64,000 nucleotides of DNA from contig JAUVXJ010000006.1 in NCBI GenBank assembly GCA_030603665.1, positions 54,781 through 118,780 of the forward strand. The letters are read 5' to 3'. Under the pieces are notes generated by a model that was given only the letters and a program-made list of their open reading frames with translations, did not search any database and was not told the DNA's origin. The position numbers were made by a program, and so were the translations under genes. Origin of the DNA: Chloroflexota bacterium. GTDB taxonomy: Bacteria; Chloroflexota; Anaerolineae; UBA7937; B3-Chlor. This document shows, one piece after another, positions 58,741 through 64,000 of the stretch (positions are counted from its first letter, which is position 1; each line of letters begins with the position of its first letter).

Positions 58741-60243
58741 ATGCAAAGCAACCAGACCTCGAATAGAGGCATTCGCGAGGCGTGGGCCTTGCGGCCCGAG
58801 GGGTCCATAGCCATCGTCGCCTTGATTTGCTTCCTGGTGGTGACGCTGACCCTAGTCTCGTCGTGGGCTTCCTATGAACTGGGGCAACTGTTCGGCGCCA
58901 TGACCACCGCCGCGCTGTCAGGGCTACTTGTCATCGCAGCCCTTACGCTGGCGGGTGGCTATGACCTGCTCGTGCCGGCGCTTTGTCTCTGTCTTCTCTT
59001 TCCCCTCAACAAGAGCCTGGGATCCAGCGGTATGGTCATCTACACCTTTGACATCATGCTGATCTCCCTGTACGCCGTGTGGGTTTATCGGGCAGCCACC
59101 GGCAGAATCGCCCCGATCAGGGTATCGTACGTAGAGATACTGGCCCTGGCGCTGATCAGTTGGCTCTTTGTGTCTGCGGCATTCGGCACCGACCCCTCAA
59201 ACAGCCTGAACGGAGCCCTCTATTTCCTGCGCCTGTACCTTCTGTATCTCTACGTGGCCAACAACATCAACAGCAGCAGGGCCGTCAAATGGGTGTTGTT
59301 GTCGTTGCTCTTCCTGCTCACAGTTCAGTCTTCGGTGGCGTTGGTGCAATATGTCACCAAGACTAATGTGGGGTCACTCTCTGATTTGGTGGGCGAGACT
59401 ATCGGCTCTGTCAGGGAGATTGAGGTTGCCACCGGCTATTTGTTCAGAGTACGTGGAACGTTGACCACGGATACCGCGCTTGCACAGTGGTTTGACCTGC
59501 TCTTGCCTTTCACCTTCAGTCTATTGCTGGCCAGGAGGATCAACCGGACGACGCGCACGTTCCTCTTGCTCGTACTGGTTATGGGCCTGGTTACCCTCAT
59601 CCTGACCTTCACCCGCGGGGCCTGGGTGGGGTCGCTCGCTGGGATGGCGGCAGTTGTAGGCCTGTGGCTCCGCAATAGATGGTTCAGGGTCACTAATCTC
59701 CTTTTCGTGCTGGGCCTAGCCGCGGTTGCCGGCACTGTCATGCTCCCGCTGTCAGGACTTGTTCTAACACGGTGGTCCGGGACCGCAGAGGACAGCCTGA
59801 TGGTAAGGAAGAACCTCGATACCGCAGCCCTGGGGATGATCTCGCAGTACCCTATCTTCGGAGTTGGGTGGGACAATTTCGCCGACAAGGCTCCAGATTT
59901 CGGCGTGGGTTTCTCCTGGCAACGGGAAGGCGCTATTCACAAAGCTCACAACCTTTACCTCGCTGTTGCTTCCGAGGCGGGTCTACCTGGCCTGATCATC
60001 TTCATGAGTCTGCTACTGATGCTGTTTCACGTCGGATGGAATACGTTGCAGGTGAACGATCCTTGGTCAGAGACACTCACCATTGGTATCCTGGGGAGTT
60101 TCGTGGCTGTGCTTGTACATGGTCTCGTGGCTTGGGGCCTGATCACGTACTCCGTCTTCCCTCTGTTCTGGGTGCTGATGGGTCTGCTCGTCGCGCTGAA
60201 CAGGCTCTCGAAAGCAAGTGATCCCGTCTGTGAGACAGGTTGA
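58741..60243 (+). CDS. O-antigen ligase/polymerase-like (Wzy_C) membrane protein
   Basis: R..GT, LTFTRGAW, PIFGVGWDNF, AHNLYL....E.G..G. Confidence 0.85.
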   Translation: MQSNQTSNRGIREAWALRPEGSIAIVALICFLVVTLTLVSSWASYELGQLFGAMTTAALSGLLVIAALTLAGGYDLLVPALCLCLLFPLNKSLGSSGMVIYTFDIMLISLYAVWVYRAATGRIAPIRVSYVEILALALISWLFVSAAFGTDPSNSLNGALYFLRLYLLYLYVANNINSSRAVKWVLLSLLFLLTVQSSVALVQYVTKTNVGSLSDLVGETIGSVREIEVATGYLFRVRGTLTTDTALAQWFDLLLPFTFSLLLARRINRTTRTFLLLVLVMGLVTLILTFTRGAWVGSLAGMAAVVGLWLRNRWFRVTNLLFVLGLAAVAGTVMLPLSGLVLTRWSGTAEDSLMVRKNLDTAALGMISQYPIFGVGWDNFADKAPDFGVGFSWQREGAIHKAHNLYLAVASEAGLPGLIIFMSLLLMLFHVGWNTLQVNDPWSETLTIGILGSFVAVLVHGLVAWGLITYSVFPLFWVLMGLLVALNRLSKASDPVCETG

Positions 60244-60453
60244 GCGCCAGCTGGGGATCCCTGGCCGTTGACAGTGGCGAGGGAAGACGTCGCCGACTCG
60301 CCCACCCTTGAACCAGGCCTGCATCAAAGAGGGGGCGCAGTCTGACTATCGCAGTGCAACGGATCCCACGGGTCCGAGGATGGGAGGGCATGGCTTGCGA
60401 TTCGGACCAAGGGTGCCGGGCCGCGCTCGTGGAACCCTCGGAGTAAGAGACAG

Positions 60454-62103
60454 ATGGACATGTTGATCGTAGGCCTTGATGGTGCCACTTTCGACATCAT
60501 CAGGCCTCTAGTCCACAAGGGTAAACTTCCGCATCTACAGCGACTGATCGAGACAGGCACAAGTGCCTCCCTCCGGTCTACCCTACCGCCGGTGACTGCC
60601 CCTGCCTGGAGTTCCTTCATGACGGGCACCAACCCGGGCAAGCACGGCATCTTCCAGTGGCGAACTTATGATCCCACCAAGTACACATGCGTCGATGAAA
60701 GTGTAGTGACGGCAGCTCGGCTTGTTGGCACCACATTCTGGGACATGCTCGGTTCCCACGGGTTCAAGGTGGGCATTCTCACCGTGCCGGTGACCTATCC
60801 CCCTTGGCCGGTCAATGGCTTCATGCTCTCTGGCTATCCCTGCCCGGATGCGCGCAAGAACTACACTTACCCTTCAGTGTACGCGGACAGCCTCTCCGAG
60901 AGCTACAACTTCTCCGCGGACTACTACCTGGGTGCATCCGAAGAGGAAATCTGGAGCAACGGGCTGGAAATGTTGCGGAAGCGAACGTCCTTGGCTATGG
61001 AGCTGATTAGTGAAGAGAATCTGGATGTGTGCGTCCTCGTCCTGGGTGAGATCGATCGGGCCCAGCACGACTTCTGGAAGTACCGTGATCCTAGCTTCCC
61101 TGCCTATCACAGCGAGAAAGGACGCACGTTCCGTCACGTCATCGCCGAACACTATGAGGTATCAGATGCTCAGGTCGGCAGATTGCTAGAACTCGCAAGT
61201 GAGGAGACCACTGTGATCGTCATGTCCGATCATGGGGCAGGCCCTCACCCACCCACGTATTTTCACACGAATTCATGGCTCAAGAGCCTAGGATTGCTGG
61301 AGATGAGGCCATACCGGCCCGACCCCTTCGTTGGAGGCCTGCGCCGCGGATTGGAGATCGTCAGATCTATCCTGCCCTTCGAGGAGCAGGTTCGAAGGAT
61401 GCTCCCGGCCGGCGTGGTCGATAGGGCTCGTCGGATCACCCTCAACATCTCCAATGTGGACTGGTCGCGCACCAAAGCGTACAGATTCCCGATGTACCAT
61501 CCCGCTGAGGGCATCGAGATCAATCTGCGGGGAAGGCAGCCTCAAGGGGTAGTTGAACCTGGGGCAGACTACGAGGAAGTGCGAGATCGCATCATCGGAC
61601 AGCTGCGACAAGCGAAGGACCCGCTAACTGGAATCCACATCGTGGAAGAGGTGTACAAGCGCGAAGACATATACTCTGGTCCCTACCTGGAGATTGCCCC
61701 AGACATCGTCTTCGTCACCTCATCCCGGTTCAGGGCCGAGAGGGAGATCGGACAAGACTACGTCGTCCCAGTCCCCTTGAAGCAACTGGAGACATACAAC
61801 GGGCTTCACCAGATGGACGGCATCTTCATCGCCCGGGGCCGGAACATCAAGGCAGCAAGCACCTTCGAGGGCGCCCGCATAATGGATGTCGCACCCACGG
61901 TTCTCTACACCATGGGCCTGCCCGTCCCTGAAGAGATGGACGGACGCGTGTTGGTGGACGCATTCCTTCCATCCCACGTAGAAGCGCAGCCCCCAGAGTA
62001 CAGTGACGTGCCTGTCCAGGCCGAGGGTGCCGACCTGAGTCTTTCGCCAGAGGACGAGCGAGCTATGAGAGACAAACTGCGCGGCCTGGGGTATCTCTCG
62101 TGA
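60454..62103 (+). CDS. Alkaline phosphatase superfamily protein 3
   Basis: VGLDGAT, PPVTAPAWSSF.TG.NPGKHG, SDHG, KLRGLGY. Confidence 0.87.
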   Translation: MDMLIVGLDGATFDIIRPLVHKGKLPHLQRLIETGTSASLRSTLPPVTAPAWSSFMTGTNPGKHGIFQWRTYDPTKYTCVDESVVTAARLVGTTFWDMLGSHGFKVGILTVPVTYPPWPVNGFMLSGYPCPDARKNYTYPSVYADSLSESYNFSADYYLGASEEEIWSNGLEMLRKRTSLAMELISEENLDVCVLVLGEIDRAQHDFWKYRDPSFPAYHSEKGRTFRHVIAEHYEVSDAQVGRLLELASEETTVIVMSDHGAGPHPPTYFHTNSWLKSLGLLEMRPYRPDPFVGGLRRGLEIVRSILPFEEQVRRMLPAGVVDRARRITLNISNVDWSRTKAYRFPMYHPAEGIEINLRGRQPQGVVEPGADYEEVRDRIIGQLRQAKDPLTGIHIVEEVYKREDIYSGPYLEIAPDIVFVTSSRFRAEREIGQDYVVPVPLKQLETYNGLHQMDGIFIARGRNIKAASTFEGARIMDVAPTVLYTMGLPVPEEMDGRVLVDAFLPSHVEAQPPEYSDVPVQAEGADLSLSPEDERAMRDKLRGLGYLS

Positions 62104-62188
62104 GCACGAACCAGATCGCTTTGAGGCGGCGTCCACCAACGAGGCCACGAATGGCGGCGGCGCCTCGCACGTAGGAGGCATTGGTTAC

Positions 62189-63346
62189 GTGAGTCGAATG
62201 AAGGTCCTCTTCGTTGAGCCAGTGGGCGGTCATAGAGGCATGCACTACTACGATTTTGGACTGTGTGCCGCTCTGAGTGACCTGGATGTCCACCCCACTC
62301 TGGTGACCAGCGATGAGACCGCAGCCCATAGTCCTCCAGTTCCGTTGGATATCCGTTTCCTATTCAGGGAGATCTACGGTGAGCGGAATGTGGCAAGGCG
62401 AGCCGCGAACTACCTGTATGCCTTGTTCCAGACCGCCAAGCTGGCTCGTGAGGGCGGGTTCAGCATCGTTCACTGCCACTACTTCCTCATCCCTCCTGCT
62501 GACTATTTGTTCCTGCTAGGGCTCAAGACCGCCGGGGTGAAAATCGTGATCACCGCCCATGACGTGATGCCATTCGATGCCAAATCGTACACTCATTTTG
62601 CACTCCCTCGGATATACGGGCTCGCCGACAAGATCATCGTTCATGCCGAGGACAACAAGAGGCGGATGTGCGACCAGTTTGGCGTGCAAGCCCGCAAAGT
62701 AGACGTGATCCGCCACGGAAACTACATGCCCTACGTGGAAGAGGGTCGCCGCCCCCGCGAACTGCTGAGGGAGGAGATCGGGGTCAAGGGTTTCGCCAAC
62801 GTCGTCCTCTTCTTCGGCCAGATAAAGAAGGTGAAGGGGCTCGACCACCTGATAAGAGCATTCCCCGCTGTCGTGGAGCAGCATCCCAGCACCGTGCTAC
62901 TGGTCGCCGGCCAAGCCTGGAAGGATGACTTCTCCTCCTACGAGTGCCTGGTCAAGCTGCTCGAACTCGAAGGGAACTTCATATCGCGAATAGAACACAT
63001 TCCAGACGAGGACGTCGCAGCCTACTTCGAATCGGCAGACGTGGTCGCTCTGCCATATGTCGAGGTCTATCAAAGCGGAGTACTGCTCATGGCCTGCTCC
63101 TACGGTAGGCCGGTCGTGGCGACTGCCGTAGGAGGCATGAAGGAGGTGATCCAGGACGGGGTATCGGGTTACCTGGTGCCGGCCGGCGACGAAGAGAGGC
63201 TGGCGGAGGCGATCGGTAAGTTGCTGTCCGACAGGGAGAAGGCTGAGGAGATGGGCCACAGAGCCAGACAGATGATGCAAGAGCACTACAGCTGGGAGAG
63301 CGCAGCCCAGGGCACCAAGCAGATCTACTCGGAAGCTCTGGGCTAG
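62189..63346 (+). CDS. Glycosyltransferase family 4
   Basis: FFGQIKKVKG, ADVVALPY...QSGV, PVVAT.VGG..E. Confidence 0.9.
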   Translation: MSRMKVLFVEPVGGHRGMHYYDFGLCAALSDLDVHPTLVTSDETAAHSPPVPLDIRFLFREIYGERNVARRAANYLYALFQTAKLAREGGFSIVHCHYFLIPPADYLFLLGLKTAGVKIVITAHDVMPFDAKSYTHFALPRIYGLADKIIVHAEDNKRRMCDQFGVQARKVDVIRHGNYMPYVEEGRRPRELLREEIGVKGFANVVLFFGQIKKVKGLDHLIRAFPAVVEQHPSTVLLVAGQAWKDDFSSYECLVKLLELEGNFISRIEHIPDEDVAAYFESADVVALPYVEVYQSGVLLMACSYGRPVVATAVGGMKEVIQDGVSGYLVPAGDEERLAEAIGKLLSDREKAEEMGHRARQMMQEHYSWESAAQGTKQIYSEALG

Positions 63347-63412
63347 CCTGCAGGCTCCACGCCCGTGGAGACGTAATACCATCGAATTGTGCCCAATAAC
63401 CCAAAGGTATTA

Positions 63413-63442
63413 TTGACACAGGTCATGACTATGCTATATGAT
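63413..63442 (+). promoter_or_regulatory. Candidate sigma70 promoter
   Basis: TTGACA followed 16-18 bp later by TGcTATATGAT. Confidence 0.5.
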
Positions 63443-63492
63443 GGTACACAGCAGCAAAGAACCGTATTCTGAGGTCGATAGGGAGGGATCAA

Positions 63493-64000
63493 ATGACCGG
63501 GAAGAAACCGTTGCTTCGTGCGCTTGTGGCGTATTGTGGCATAGCGTTGCTGGTGGTACTGCCCGTACTGGCGGCTCCACCTGATGCGGGCCAGGGACAG
63601 AACACCACCATCTACGCCATGAACACCTCGAAGACAGACGAAGCAAATCTGGTGGTGAGCTTTGTGTCGCCGGACGGGAGCCCTGCCTCCAGCGCCGGTG
63701 CCACCATGAACCCCATGGGCTCTGCCTTGGTAAGCGCCGCGGACGAAGGCGTGCAGTCCAATTGGGTCGGCTCAGCCGTGCTCTACTCAGACCAGGAGCT
63801 GGCCACTGTGGCCAAGATCAACTGGTCAGGGGGGACGGCCCACGATGGGATAACCCAGGCAGCGTACACTGGCAGCGCTGAAGGCTCGATGGAGATCTTC
63901 GTGCCCAACCTGTTCAGGCGGGAATGGATGTACTCCACCATCGCCGTGCAGAACGTCAGCACAGAGGAGTCTGATTTCACCGTCGACTACTACACCAGGG
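63493..64000 (+). CDS. Secreted/surface protein, 3'-truncated by window edge
   Basis: GGGAGG RBS; MTGKKPLLRALVAYCGIALLVVLPVLAAPP signal peptide; frame appears open to the window end. Confidence 0.65.
   Translation, partial: MTGKKPLLRALVAYCGIALLVVLPVLAAPPDAGQGQNTTIYAMNTSKTDEANLVVSFVSPDGSPASSAGATMNPMGSALVSAADEGVQSNWVGSAVLYSDQELATVAKINWSGGTAHDGITQAAYTGSAEGSMEIFVPNLFRREWMYSTIAVQNVSTEESDFTVDYYTR

Noticed and set aside
1-64000. tRNA, rRNA, IS transposase or prophage genes
   Set aside because: None recognised by eye; tRNAscan-SE, Infernal and ISEScan would be needed to exclude them formally.

Overview
Bacterial chromosomal window. Gene content suggests Chloroflexota, which is an inference. There are three parts. 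(1) 1-7.9 kb is housekeeping: an ECF transporter operon (A-A'-T-S), mnmG and a bactofilin-like membrane protein. (2) About 7.94-36.15 kb is a visibly more AT-rich island with almost all genes on the minus strand. It looks like an integron cassette array without an integrase in this window: about 18 intact, halved or mutated attC-like sites, and a candidate attI at its head (36113-36148). It is dominated by one enzyme family, with 13 full-length and at least 6 fragmentary paralogues of a zinc-independent MDR (quinone-reductase-like) oxidoreductase. These share a conserved scaffold and two hypervariable segments, and are interleaved with DUF4386/DUF6326-like membrane proteins, CDGSH, VOC, NAD(P)-binding, serine hydrolase and nitrilase genes and several chimeric gene scraps. 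Many attC cores carry GCT/AGC instead of the canonical GTT/AAC, and in one cassette the change is compensatory at both ends. (3) 36.3-64 kb carries a DEAD-box helicase, a GT-C membrane glycosyltransferase, cobO plus an isobutyryl-CoA-mutase-type large subunit, a 5'-nucleotidase, an interrupted MscS gene, a radical SAM gene and rfbD. It ends with a surface-glycan cluster (MurJ-like flippase, three alkaline-phosphatase-superfamily paralogues, O-antigen ligase-like protein, GT4). No rRNA, tRNA, CRISPR array, transposase, reverse transcriptase or tyrosine recombinase was recognised. All family assignments come from motif recognition by eye, not from database searches.
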